Of a stretch of DNA of 62,162 nucleotides, positions 46,786-56,319 are shown piece after piece. The stretch lies in IMG/VR virus record IMGVR_UViG_3300031576_000512, positions 1 to 62,162 of that record; one strand, given 5' to 3'. The notes beneath the pieces were generated by a model. The model saw nothing but the letters and a program-made list of their open reading frames with translations, made no database searches and was not told the origin of the DNA. The position numbers and the translations under genes are program-made. Within the stretch, counting starts at the first letter, position 1. The number at the start of each line of letters is the position of its first letter. The stretch is from a virus. Taxonomy: Duplodnaviria > Caudoviricetes.

Positions 46786-47259
46786 ATGGCGAAGGGCCGT
46801 CATTACCATTATCGCAAGCTGGAATTCTGGGCCGAGCGTGGTTTGATCAACATTATTGACGAACGCTTCCCACCCAGCCATGTGAAGGCATTCACCGTTG
46901 TGACTGTCCGTGACTTTCTGCTTCGGCTTAACCATCTCAATCAAGAGGTGAAGCGCTGGGGCAAGAAATGGCCGGACGAGCGAGATGAACTGGTGAAGAT
47001 GATTGAGAATGGTGTTGAGTGCTGTCGCAATGCCAAGGCCCAGGGGCGGCCAGACGATCCTCGTGCTGTGGCCGATATGCTCAGGCACCGCCATCATTTC
47101 ATGCTCTACGCTGGCACCAGCGCCGATCCAACTGGCGCCCTATCCTCATCTGAAGCACCCGAGAACGTGCTTCTACCACCAATGCCGCAAGCAGACCCAA
47201 ACAAGCCTGTCACTCCACTGCTTCCCGAACCGGTTTCTGTGTCCAAGTTGTTCACCTGA
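46786..47259 (+). CDS. Hypothetical protein
   Basis: ORF track; SD AAGGA. Confidence 0.7.
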   Translation: MAKGRHYHYRKLEFWAERGLINIIDERFPPSHVKAFTVVTVRDFLLRLNHLNQEVKRWGKKWPDERDELVKMIENGVECCRNAKAQGRPDDPRAVADMLRHRHHFMLYAGTSADPTGALSSSEAPENVLLPPMPQADPNKPVTPLLPEPVSVSKLFT

Positions 47260-47271
47260 AAGGGGGACGTC

Positions 47272-48270
47272 ATGTCAGTTCGCAAGCAATTCCTGTTCGC
47301 GCCGGTGCTCTTCGCCCTCGTGGTTGCCCTTGTCGTGCCAGGTGAGGTGCCCGCACAAGAGAAGCCTGTCAAGATCTCACAATATCTTCAGGATGTCAGC
47401 GTTACGGTCCGGGCTGGCCCCTATTCTGGTTCTGGTGTGATGGTGCAGACCAAGGATGGCCAGATCTGGATCTGGACGGCTGCACACGTCATCGCACCCT
47501 TGCGCACCACTCGAAAAGTTATCGATGACAAGGGCTCCGAACGAACGAAGGTCGACTTCGAGGATGCCAAGATTCTCCGCTTCAACAAGGACAAGGGGGA
47601 AGGCCGCATCGTATCGAGCTATTCAGGTGATGCAGAGGTGATCCGTTACTCTGATGCTGGCTTCGGCCACGACCTGGCTCTGTTGCGGTTGCGTGACAAA
47701 GACTTCAAGCCAGGTAGCAGCGCCAAGTTCTTTCTCGAAAAGAGCATTCCTGACATCGGCGAGGATTTGTACCACTGCGGTTCGTTGCTGGGGCCAGTCG
47801 GCTCCAACAGTTTGACCAGTGGCATCATGTCGCAACATGGACGTGTCTTCGACGGTAAAATCTATGATCAGGTAACGGCAACGTCATTCCCTGGCAGCTC
47901 CGGCGGTATCGTCTGTCTCAGGGAGGATGGACGTTACGTGGGTATGTTGGTCATGGGTGCTGGCGAAGGCTTCGGCATCGTCGTCCCAGTTCGCCGTATG
48001 CGAGATTGGGCCAAGAAAGTCGGTGTCGAGTTTGCACTCGATCCTTCTGTCAACGTCCTCAGCGACGATGATTTGAAGGTCAAACCAATTGAAGACGCAG
48101 CTTTCGGTGGTGGGGCTGCTGCCCACAAACAACGCGAAGCCGCTGGATTGAAATACATGCTCTTCAGCGAACAAGATGATCTTTCCAGGTCAGCCCGCAC
48201 GCTGCGGCAGTGGTTTGAGCGACCAGGGTTGTTCCCGGTCGCCACGCCCAAGCGCCACGATGACCCGTAA
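47272..48270 (+). CDS. Secreted trypsin-like (S1) serine protease
   Basis: Signal peptide; TAAHV, DLALL, PGSSGG. Confidence 0.9.
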   Translation: MSVRKQFLFAPVLFALVVALVVPGEVPAQEKPVKISQYLQDVSVTVRAGPYSGSGVMVQTKDGQIWIWTAAHVIAPLRTTRKVIDDKGSERTKVDFEDAKILRFNKDKGEGRIVSSYSGDAEVIRYSDAGFGHDLALLRLRDKDFKPGSSAKFFLEKSIPDIGEDLYHCGSLLGPVGSNSLTSGIMSQHGRVFDGKIYDQVTATSFPGSSGGIVCLREDGRYVGMLVMGAGEGFGIVVPVRRMRDWAKKVGVEFALDPSVNVLSDDDLKVKPIEDAAFGGGAAAHKQREAAGLKYMLFSEQDDLSRSARTLRQWFERPGLFPVATPKRHDDP

Positions 48271-48287
48271 GACAACGGGAGGCAAGG

Positions 48288-48713
48288 ATGCCACTTATGA
48301 CTCGTGAAGCCTTCAAACAAGGCTTTATCAAGCAATGTCGCGACGAGGGCCTGACCAACGAGGGTCAGGTCCTCGCTCGCATCAGCCAGTTGATCGTTGA
48401 TCTTGAGAAACGGGCTGCTAGTCCAGCCGATATTCTCAATTCACTTGGTCAGCAGATGGCACCGTCATTGCCACAGAAGCCATCAGATCAAGCAGGAGAA
48501 AGACAATCACCATGGCCAGTAATGGTTGCTGGTGGTATTGGATTGCCTTTTGCTGCTGGTGCTGGTCTTGGTATCCTTGGAAGCAAGCTGAAGGGTAACT
48601 GGCTGGATGAAGGAGACGTGCATCAACAGGAACTCATTGATGAACTTCGACGTCAAACTGCACTCGCCCGCCAGTACAGCCGACTGGGGGGCGCGTCGCC
48701 ATCGTCGTTTTAA
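48288..48713 (+). CDS. K-x-A motif protein with TM segment
   Basis: AFKQGF...LEKRAAS; Gly-rich hydrophobic helix. Confidence 0.75.
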   Translation: MPLMTREAFKQGFIKQCRDEGLTNEGQVLARISQLIVDLEKRAASPADILNSLGQQMAPSLPQKPSDQAGERQSPWPVMVAGGIGLPFAAGAGLGILGSKLKGNWLDEGDVHQQELIDELRRQTALARQYSRLGGASPSSF

Positions 48714-48738
48714 CTATTGGATGTTTTGAGTAAAACGG

Positions 48739-49185
48739 ATGTCTCTCTTCAAATACTTCGGAGAGCAAGGGGATCTTCACGGCGGTAGATTGTTCTGGTC
48801 GAAAAACTTGCCGGTTCCATTCCGAGGAGCATTTGCCCCTACGCTCACCCAGAATGAACTCGAATCCGAAGTTGATGTCCAGTATGACTATCACTCTGAG
48901 TTCTTCGACCTTGCCATACTGGAACAAAAAGAGAAGTTCGACTGGGTGATGGACCGCATCGTCAACGGCCTCTTCACCCATCATTTCGTATGCCGTAACG
49001 TAGATCATGAAAAAGGCCGGGTTACGGTGTATATTGAGTGGAGTCAGAGATACGCTCAATTGTCTCCACAGGCACGAGCTGCGAGGAACCAAGGCCATGT
49101 CCTCTCTCCTGGATCAAGCGGATTGCAGAGTCCTGCATGGCAAGCTGGGCTTGCTGGGCAGCAACACCCATCCACTGGTGTCTGA
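48739..49185 (+). CDS. Hypothetical protein
   Basis: ORF track. Confidence 0.7.
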   Translation: MSLFKYFGEQGDLHGGRLFWSKNLPVPFRGAFAPTLTQNELESEVDVQYDYHSEFFDLAILEQKEKFDWVMDRIVNGLFTHHFVCRNVDHEKGRVTVYIEWSQRYAQLSPQARAARNQGHVLSPGSSGLQSPAWQAGLAGQQHPSTGV

Positions 49186-50020
49186 GAAATCGGCTATTGA
49201 TGCAGCTCAACCTTACTTTCCAGAGCGTGTACAACTGAACCCACAGTGGGGCGAGCACCGCAATCAGTTGCTCAAGACTTTGGCCTTGCTTGGCCTCAGT
49301 GGTGCTGCTATCGGTGGTGGCATTACTGGTGGCATTGGCTTCCATAAGTTGCGACAGATGCAGAAGGAGCGTCCGCCTGCTCTACCTGGTAACATTCCAG
49401 TCCACATGCCAATCTCGCGTCTTCCCGAAGAAGAGAAGACGGCAGCCATGCCAGCCGAAGTGCCACTCGCGCACTGGCGGCATCTACTTGGCCAAGCTGC
49501 ACAACACATGACACAGATTCCTTGGGCTTGGCCAGCGATGGTTGGTGTTGGCAGTGCTTCGATGTTGGGCGCCAGCACACTGGCCAATAAATACATGCAC
49601 GGCAAGATGAAAGAGCAGCGTCAACAGCAACTTGATCAAGCTCAACAAGAGTTCGACCAGTCGATGCTTGATCGTTACGAGCCAAGTGAAAAAGTTAGTG
49701 CAGCTCTCGATCAACTCTACGCCGTGGTCGAGAAACAGGCTCAAGATCCGGAACTTGATCCATTGCTCAGCGGCGGTCAGTCAGGCTGGGCAATTGGTGC
49801 TCCATCGATGGTGCCTATGGGCGCTGGCCTTCTTGGTCTTCGTGCCGGCTATCGTTGGGGTGAGGGTCGTAAACCAGAAGCATTGCTTCACGATGCGATC
49901 CAACAGCGAGCTCTCATGCGCGCACGAGCTATGCCCTCGCCGATCTTCATCAATCCTATGGGCGTCAAACAACAACCAAGGAAGAAGACAGAAGGCGAGA
50001 AGAAGGAGCCGGCTGAGTAA
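49097..50020 (+). CDS. Modular K-x-A motif protein with three hydrophobic segments
   Basis: EKSAI, EKTAA, EKVSA, EKQAQ delimit Gly-rich TM-like modules. Confidence 0.75.
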   Translation: MSSLLDQADCRVLHGKLGLLGSNTHPLVSEKSAIDAAQPYFPERVQLNPQWGEHRNQLLKTLALLGLSGAAIGGGITGGIGFHKLRQMQKERPPALPGNIPVHMPISRLPEEEKTAAMPAEVPLAHWRHLLGQAAQHMTQIPWAWPAMVGVGSASMLGASTLANKYMHGKMKEQRQQQLDQAQQEFDQSMLDRYEPSEKVSAALDQLYAVVEKQAQDPELDPLLSGGQSGWAIGAPSMVPMGAGLLGLRAGYRWGEGRKPEALLHDAIQQRALMRARAMPSPIFINPMGVKQQPRKKTEGEKKEPAE

Positions 50021-50035
50021 TGGTTGGAGGGCAAG

Positions 50036-53000
50036 ATGCCCAGTATCATCACGGTGGGTCCGAATGTAAATGTGCCGGATGCTGCCGAGAACAAGACTGT
50101 CGCTCCAGCTACGACTCTCGGACCGGCCCCTGCTCAACGATCCATCGTGGCCGGCCCGAAGCCTGAACCAGTCACGATGCGCGCATTCGGTGATTCCAAT
50201 GCAACCAGGGAAGCCATCTACAGCAATGTGATGAAGGCAGCTCAGTCAATCCAACCCGTCTCCAACTCGCGCTACACGTTGTCTCTGCACAATCCTCAAT
50301 GGGCTGACAATCCAGAAGTCTCCATCATCGATCGCAAGAAAGCCATCTTGCGTGGCGAGACTCTGAATCGTCGCTTGCGTGGTCTCTGGCGGCTATCGGA
50401 CACCCAGGGCAACGTGCTTGGCGAGCGCACAGCAACTGTTGCTCACGTGCCTCGTATGACCAACCAGGGCACGTTTGTCGTCAACGGCTCAGAGTACACA
50501 CTCGGGCATCAGATGCGTCTGCGCCCTGGTGTTTTTACTCGTCGCAAGGAAAACGGCGAGCTAGAGAGCCACATCAATATCATGCCTGGTAAAGGTATGA
50601 GTCATCACTATTTCCTGGAGCCGGAGACTGGCGTCTTCAAGATCCGTGTCGGACAGTCTAACATGCCGCTCATCTCGGTCATGAAGGCAATGGGCGTCTC
50701 CGACAAAGAGATGTCTGCTGCCTGGGGCAGTGAACTGCATGGCATCAACATGCAGAAGGATGATCCACGTGCCATCGATAAGCTCTATGCTCGTCTCATC
50801 GGCAAGAAGGGTGATCCCCAGGCTTCAGCAGATCAGAAACGTGAGGCGGTCGCCAAGGCATTCAACGATATGGAGCTTGATCCAGAAGTCACCAAGCGAA
50901 CGCTGGGGCAGCCATTCCACAAATTGAGCAAAGAAGTCGCGCTGGCAACAACCAAGAAGCTCTTGGCTGTCAGTCGTGGTGAAGCAGATACGGACGATCG
51001 TGATGCGCTGGCCTTCCAGCATTTCATGGGTCCGGAGGACCTGTTCGCCGAGCGTATTGGTCGTGACAAGCGGGTCTTGAATGAACTGCTGTGGAAGGCA
51101 TCTACCCATGGCAATCTGGAGAAACTTCCGACGGGTGCCTTCACGCAGCATGTTCACGCTGCGCTATTAGATAGTGGCCTGGGTCAGTCTCTGGAAGAGA
51201 TCAATCCAGCTGACGTGTTCGATCAGCAGACTCGCGTGAGTCGGCTTGGTTATGGTGGCATCCCGTCCATCGATGCTGTTCCTGATGAGGCTCGCTCGGT
51301 CCAACCGAGTCATCTTGGCTACATCGACTTGCTACGCACACCGGAGTCATTCAAAGTCGGTGTCGATAGTCGTGTGAGCTTTGTGGCCAAGAAGGGCTCC
51401 GACGGTCGCATCTACACACCATTCACCGATGTCAAGACTGGGCAGATGGTCTATCGCAGCCCTCAAGACGTGGCCGACATGACTCTGGCCTTCCCGGGAG
51501 AGATGGAGAAGGGCAAGCCGTTGGTTGCGGCCATGGTTGGTAGCAAGACACGATACGTGCCACGCGATCAAGTCAACCTGATCATGCCTCATGCTGAGCA
51601 CTGGTTCAGCCCGATCAACAACATGGTGCCAATGAAATCCGCCGTGCAAGGCCAGCGAGCTTCCATGGCTTCTCGCTTCATCACCCAGGCACTGCCAGTC
51701 AAGGATGCGGAATCTCCGTTCGTCCGTGGTCAGGTGCCTGGCGCTGTGGGGCGTTCCTTCGAGGAACATTACGGACATCAGGTTGGTGCCGTCTTCGGCG
51801 AGAAGCAGGTTGGTCGTGTGGCGAAGGTTGGTCCTGATTCGATCTCTGTGAAGTATGCTGATGGTTCGACCAAGGAACATGAGCTCTACAACAACTTCCC
51901 TTACAACCGAAAGACCTACATCCACAACACACCTCTGGTGAAGGCTGGCGATCCTGTGCAACCTGGCCAACTTCTGGCTAAGTCGAACTACACCGACGAC
52001 AAGGGCCATGTCGCATTGGGTAAGAACCTGCGCGTGGCCTATGTTCCATTTCGTGGGCTAAACTACGAGGATGCCTACGTTATCTCACACTCGGCGGCTG
52101 AGAAGTTGTCATCCGAGCACATGTATCAACACAACCTGGAATGGGAAGAGAAGCACCGTAAGGGGCTCAACAGCTTCATCAGTATTTTCCCTGGTGCCTT
52201 CGAGAAGAAGCAACTCGTCGGCATGGACAGTGATGGTGTGATCAAACCAGGCACAGTCATCCGACCTGGCGATCCGGTTGTGCTGGCTGCTCGTGAACGC
52301 GAGTTGTCGCGCAAGCAAGTTCACGCTGCTCACAAGGGCAGCTTCGTCAATGATTCCATTACCTGGGATCATCATGCCGAGGGTGTCGTCACTGATGTTG
52401 AGAAGACAGAGAAGGGTGTTACTGTCGCGATCAAGAGTTTGAACAAGATGCAGGTCGGCGATAAGATGTCGGGTCGCTACGGTGACAAGGGCGTCGTGGC
52501 CGAAGTCATCTCCGATGATCAGATGCCACACGACGATCAAGGCCGACCGTTTGAAGTCCTGGCCAATCCGCTGGGTATTATCAGCCGGCGCAATCCGGCA
52601 CAGAAGGTTGAGGCTACTCTCGGTGCAATTGCTGAGAAGACTGGCAAGCATTACTCCGTTGACGACTTCTCGAACATCAACGACTTGAATGAGTACGCTA
52701 TCAGTGAACGGCAGAAGTATGGCGTCAACAACTACACCAGCATCAACGATCCAACAACCAACAAAAAGATCGATAACGTCTTTACTGGCAATCGCTTCTT
52801 CATGAAGCTGCACCACACGTCAGAGTCAAAGGGCCAGGGACGTGGCTTGGGTGGCTACACTGCCGAGGGCATGCCGGCCAAGGGTGGTGCTGAGGGCAGC
52901 AAGCGGATGGCCCTCATGGATGTCAACGCCATGCTATCACACGGCGCTCTGGAGACGCTTCGTGATGCCAAGCTGATCCGTGGGCAGAAGAATCAGGAAT

Positions 53001-54520
53001 ACTGGTCGAACTTCATGCAAGGCAATCGCCCACCAACGCCTCGCGTGCCAATCGTCTACGAGAAGTTCGTCAACCAGCTCAAGGCGTCTGGCATCAATGT
53101 GCAGCGCGAGGGAAGCCATACACACTTGATGGAGCTCACCAACAAGAACGTTGACGAGTTGGCCGGTGATCGTGAATTGCAGAATGTTGAGACTGTTGAT
53201 TGGAAGACTGGCTTGGCACCGATCAGGGGTGGTTTGTTTGATGAGAAGCTCACTGGCGGTCATAACGGCAACCGTTGGGCAAAGATCACCTTGCACGAGC
53301 CGATGCCCAACCCAGTGATGGAGGAACCGATCCGTCGTCTTCTCGGTCTTACCCAGGAAAAGTTCAATGGCGTCATTGCCGGTACTGAGGAACTAGGTGG
53401 TAAGACTGGCTCAGGTGCTATACAAGCTGCTCTTGCCTCAGTCAATCTGGACAAGTCAATCCAACAAGCACAGGCCGACATCGCCTCTGGCAAGAAGACG
53501 TTGCGCGACAACGCAGTGCGAAAACTACAGTACCTCAAGTCAGCCAAGATGAAGGGCATCCATCCCAAGGACTGGATGCTGGATTCTGTGCCAGTGCTAC
53601 CACCCATGTTCCGTCCCATCTCGGTCATGCAACAAACTGGTGGTCGTCTCATCACCGATGCTAACTATCTGTACAAGGAGCTGTTCGACGCCAATAACGC
53701 TTTGAAGAAGGTGTCTGGCATCTCCGAGGACATCGGTGACGAACGACTCAACTTGTACAACGCCTTCAAGGGTGTCACTGGTCTTGGCGATCCAGTGCAT
53801 CCGAAGAATCAGGACAAGAAGATCAAAGGCTTCTTGCAGCATGTCTTCGGCGGTAGCCCGAAGTTCGGTACTGTTCAGCAGAAGCTGATTGGCACCACGG
53901 TTGATTTGGTGGGTCGTGCCGTGGTTGTGCCGAACCCCGACTTGAACATGGATGAAGTGGGTCTCCCGGAAGCTCGCGCCTGGGAAATCTATACTCCATT
54001 CATCACTCGTCGTTTAGTCAAGAAAGGTGTGCCTCGGGTACAGGCGCTGGAATACATCAATAACAAGCACGATGTCGCCAAGAAGGCAATGCTTGAAGAG
54101 ATCAACGAACGGCCGGTCATCGTGACTCGTGCTCCGACCCTCCATCGCTATGGTCTCATGGCATTCTGGCCAAAGCTGACGAAGGGCGAGACACTGCAGA
54201 TCAGCCCGATTGTAGTTGGTGGTTTCGGTATGGACTTCGACGGCGATGCCTCAAACTACCACGTCCCCGCTTCCGATGAAGCTCGTGATGAGGTGGTGGA
54301 CAAGTTGATGCCAAGTAAAAATTTACTGAGCACTCAGAAGTTCCAGGCCCACTATCTCCCTCGACAGGAATACGTAGGAGGACTTTGGAATGCGACAAAT
54401 CGGGTAGACTCAAAGAAACAACCTCGCGTATTTGCAACCAAGCAGGATGCCTTGCGGGCTTTCCATAAGGGCGAGATCGACCCGGACCACCCGGTTCACA
54501 TCGTACATGCGGAGAGATGA
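50036..54520 (+). CDS. DNA-directed RNA polymerase: beta subunit fused to the N-terminal (catalytic) part of beta'
   Basis: beta: TPES..VG, NYEDA, GDKMSGRYGDKGVV, NPLGIISR.N, MKLHH; beta': GLFDEKL.G, VPVLPP..RP, GTTVDLVGRAVV, RAPTLHR, GMDFDGD (54227-54247). Confidence 0.95.
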   Translation: MPSIITVGPNVNVPDAAENKTVAPATTLGPAPAQRSIVAGPKPEPVTMRAFGDSNATREAIYSNVMKAAQSIQPVSNSRYTLSLHNPQWADNPEVSIIDRKKAILRGETLNRRLRGLWRLSDTQGNVLGERTATVAHVPRMTNQGTFVVNGSEYTLGHQMRLRPGVFTRRKENGELESHINIMPGKGMSHHYFLEPETGVFKIRVGQSNMPLISVMKAMGVSDKEMSAAWGSELHGINMQKDDPRAIDKLYARLIGKKGDPQASADQKREAVAKAFNDMELDPEVTKRTLGQPFHKLSKEVALATTKKLLAVSRGEADTDDRDALAFQHFMGPEDLFAERIGRDKRVLNELLWKASTHGNLEKLPTGAFTQHVHAALLDSGLGQSLEEINPADVFDQQTRVSRLGYGGIPSIDAVPDEARSVQPSHLGYIDLLRTPESFKVGVDSRVSFVAKKGSDGRIYTPFTDVKTGQMVYRSPQDVADMTLAFPGEMEKGKPLVAAMVGSKTRYVPRDQVNLIMPHAEHWFSPINNMVPMKSAVQGQRASMASRFITQALPVKDAESPFVRGQVPGAVGRSFEEHYGHQVGAVFGEKQVGRVAKVGPDSISVKYADGSTKEHELYNNFPYNRKTYIHNTPLVKAGDPVQPGQLLAKSNYTDDKGHVALGKNLRVAYVPFRGLNYEDAYVISHSAAEKLSSEHMYQHNLEWEEKHRKGLNSFISIFPGAFEKKQLVGMDSDGVIKPGTVIRPGDPVVLAARERELSRKQVHAAHKGSFVNDSITWDHHAEGVVTDVEKTEKGVTVAIKSLNKMQVGDKMSGRYGDKGVVAEVISDDQMPHDDQGRPFEVLANPLGIISRRNPAQKVEATLGAIAEKTGKHYSVDDFSNINDLNEYAISERQKYGVNNYTSINDPTTNKKIDNVFTGNRFFMKLHHTSESKGQGRGLGGYTAEGMPAKGGAEGSKRMALMDVNAMLSHGALETLRDAKLIRGQKNQEYWSNFMQGNRPPTPRVPIVYEKFVNQLKASGINVQREGSHTHLMELTNKNVDELAGDRELQNVETVDWKTGLAPIRGGLFDEKLTGGHNGNRWAKITLHEPMPNPVMEEPIRRLLGLTQEKFNGVIAGTEELGGKTGSGAIQAALASVNLDKSIQQAQADIASGKKTLRDNAVRKLQYLKSAKMKGIHPKDWMLDSVPVLPPMFRPISVMQQTGGRLITDANYLYKELFDANNALKKVSGISEDIGDERLNLYNAFKGVTGLGDPVHPKNQDKKIKGFLQHVFGGSPKFGTVQQKLIGTTVDLVGRAVVVPNPDLNMDEVGLPEARAWEIYTPFITRRLVKKGVPRVQALEYINNKHDVAKKAMLEEINERPVIVTRAPTLHRYGLMAFWPKLTKGETLQISPIVVGGFGMDFDGDASNYHVPASDEARDEVVDKLMPSKNLLSTQKFQAHYLPRQEYVGGLWNATNRVDSKKQPRVFATKQDALRAFHKGEIDPDHPVHIVHAER

Positions 54521-54521
54521 T

Positions 54522-55109
54522 ATGGGACTCAACCATCACCTGCTGGAACTGGCCAAAGCCCGCATCAAGCGTGGCTTCGTTGAGCAGACTCCGCCTTACA
54601 TGCCCGCCGGTCAACCACCGTCTCGTGGACCGATGGGGCCTGCTGGTGATGCTGCTCGTGCTGTTGGTAGGGCTGCTCAGAGTGTCGGCAGAGCAGTAAA
54701 GAGTCCAGCTACCACTGCTGGGCGTGGTGTGGATGCCCTGGGTCGAACGGCTCTTCGTCATCCGATTTTGAGTGCTGGAGTGCCGTTGGCAGGTTATGGT
54801 GCTTACAAGTTGCACGAAGGAATGAATCAGCCCGAGTCTGAGACCAAGCAGGCTGATATGCCAGCGACACCAATGTCACAACCGACAGGTGGCTTGCCAG
54901 TACCGGGTACTCCTCCTCCGACCAACGCAGCAGCAGTACCGCCAGCACAGACTACTAATTTCGGCAGCATCTCGTCACCACCTGTACAGCAGACCGATCA
55001 GGCGCAACCAATGGTCACAACGAGTCAAGGTGCTGCGAATATGCCAAAGCAACCAGTACAAGGAGCCCAGCAACGTGCTCCAGGGCTCGTAAAACCATCT
55101 GGCCAGTGA
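54522..55109 (+). CDS. K-x-[AG] motif protein, Pro/Gln-rich
   Basis: LLELAKARIKRG, ETKQAD. Confidence 0.7.
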   Translation: MGLNHHLLELAKARIKRGFVEQTPPYMPAGQPPSRGPMGPAGDAARAVGRAAQSVGRAVKSPATTAGRGVDALGRTALRHPILSAGVPLAGYGAYKLHEGMNQPESETKQADMPATPMSQPTGGLPVPGTPPPTNAAAVPPAQTTNFGSISSPPVQQTDQAQPMVTTSQGAANMPKQPVQGAQQRAPGLVKPSGQ

Positions 55110-55146
55110 TAGAATCAAGGTGACCCTTGATAACGAGGAAGTAAAA

Positions 55147-55986
55147 ATGAACGGACTCAACTCCACGCTCTTGAACGCTGCTGTCAACAGTCTTCGGACC
55201 AATTATGGTTCGTCAAAGCTAGCCTTCGTCCCATCGGATGCCGCTGCTGGCGGTGGCGCCCCGCCTCCTGGGGGAGACCCCGCTGCTGGCGGTGGTGCCC
55301 CGCCTCCACCTCCTGGTGGCGATCCAATGGCTGGTGGCGGTGCCCCTCCTCCGCCTGATGCTGGTGGTGGCGCCATGCCTCCACCTCCGCCTGATCCCAG
55401 CATGATGGTCGGTGGTGCTGGTATGGCCGATCCGGCATCCATTGCCGGTCAGGTTGCCCAAGGTGTGCAGCAAGGTATGCAGGCGTCTGGTCTTCAAGGC
55501 AACAAGGGTGTCGGTCCCAATGGTAAGCCTGCCGTCAAGCCTGACATCAACACCATCGCTACTGACGTGTTTCAGTTGAAGAAGATGCTCTTTGCGATCA
55601 TGCGTCATGCCAACATCGAATTGCCTCCAGATGTGCTCGACGGCCCGAACCGTGATCCGCAAACCGGTGCGCCGGCTGAGAGCCCAACAGGCGGTTCTGA
55701 TGTGCAGCCCGGTGCCTCGATGATGGGGCAGAGCTCTATCAAACCAATCGAGGCAATGCAAGGTGCCTTTCCAATGGGCGGCGCCATGGGTGGCGGCGGC
55801 GCTCCTGGTGGCGCTCCAGGCGGTGGTGGAGCAATGGGTGGCATGGGCGCTGGCCGTATGAAGATTTCCAGCGATGTCTTCACCAAAACGGTTGGTAGGG
55901 AGATCCTTCCTGAAGTCACCGGTGAGCAGATCCTATCCAAGGCTGCTGCTGTCGCCATGATGTGTCGCCGTCGTCAAGCAGGATAA
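55147..55986 (+). CDS. Gly/Pro/Met-rich K-x-A motif protein
   Basis: SSKLAF, GGGAPPP repeats, MKISS, SKAAA. Confidence 0.75.
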   Translation: MNGLNSTLLNAAVNSLRTNYGSSKLAFVPSDAAAGGGAPPPGGDPAAGGGAPPPPPGGDPMAGGGAPPPPDAGGGAMPPPPPDPSMMVGGAGMADPASIAGQVAQGVQQGMQASGLQGNKGVGPNGKPAVKPDINTIATDVFQLKKMLFAIMRHANIELPPDVLDGPNRDPQTGAPAESPTGGSDVQPGASMMGQSSIKPIEAMQGAFPMGGAMGGGGAPGGAPGGGGAMGGMGAGRMKISSDVFTKTVGREILPEVTGEQILSKAAAVAMMCRRRQAG

Positions 55987-55989
55987 CCG

Positions 55990-56241
55990 ATGATCCTTCA
56001 ACTGCACGATAAGCTCCAGAAGCCGTTGGTCATACGGGCCACACGGCTTCTGGTCACTTTCGAGGATGGCACCCCGGTGGCTCTCATCCAGGAAGTCGTC
56101 CCGGGGCATGTCCGTGTCTTTCGAGCTGGCGATGGTGACTTCAACGAACGGCTTCGACAGACCGGGATCGAGCAGACCGTCATCGTCGACAAGCTCAAGC
56201 CTGCCAAACCAGTCGAGCAGCCAAGCCGCTTAATCTACTAA
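55990..56241 (+). CDS. Hypothetical protein
   Basis: SD AGGA; ORF track. Confidence 0.7.
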   Translation: MILQLHDKLQKPLVIRATRLLVTFEDGTPVALIQEVVPGHVRVFRAGDGDFNERLRQTGIEQTVIVDKLKPAKPVEQPSRLIY

Positions 56242-56319
56242 TCAAGCAACGACACTGTAGAATGAGGATGGGTGCGAGAGGCATGCCCGTCTTCGATCTT
56301 TCTTTTAGGTATGGAAGCC

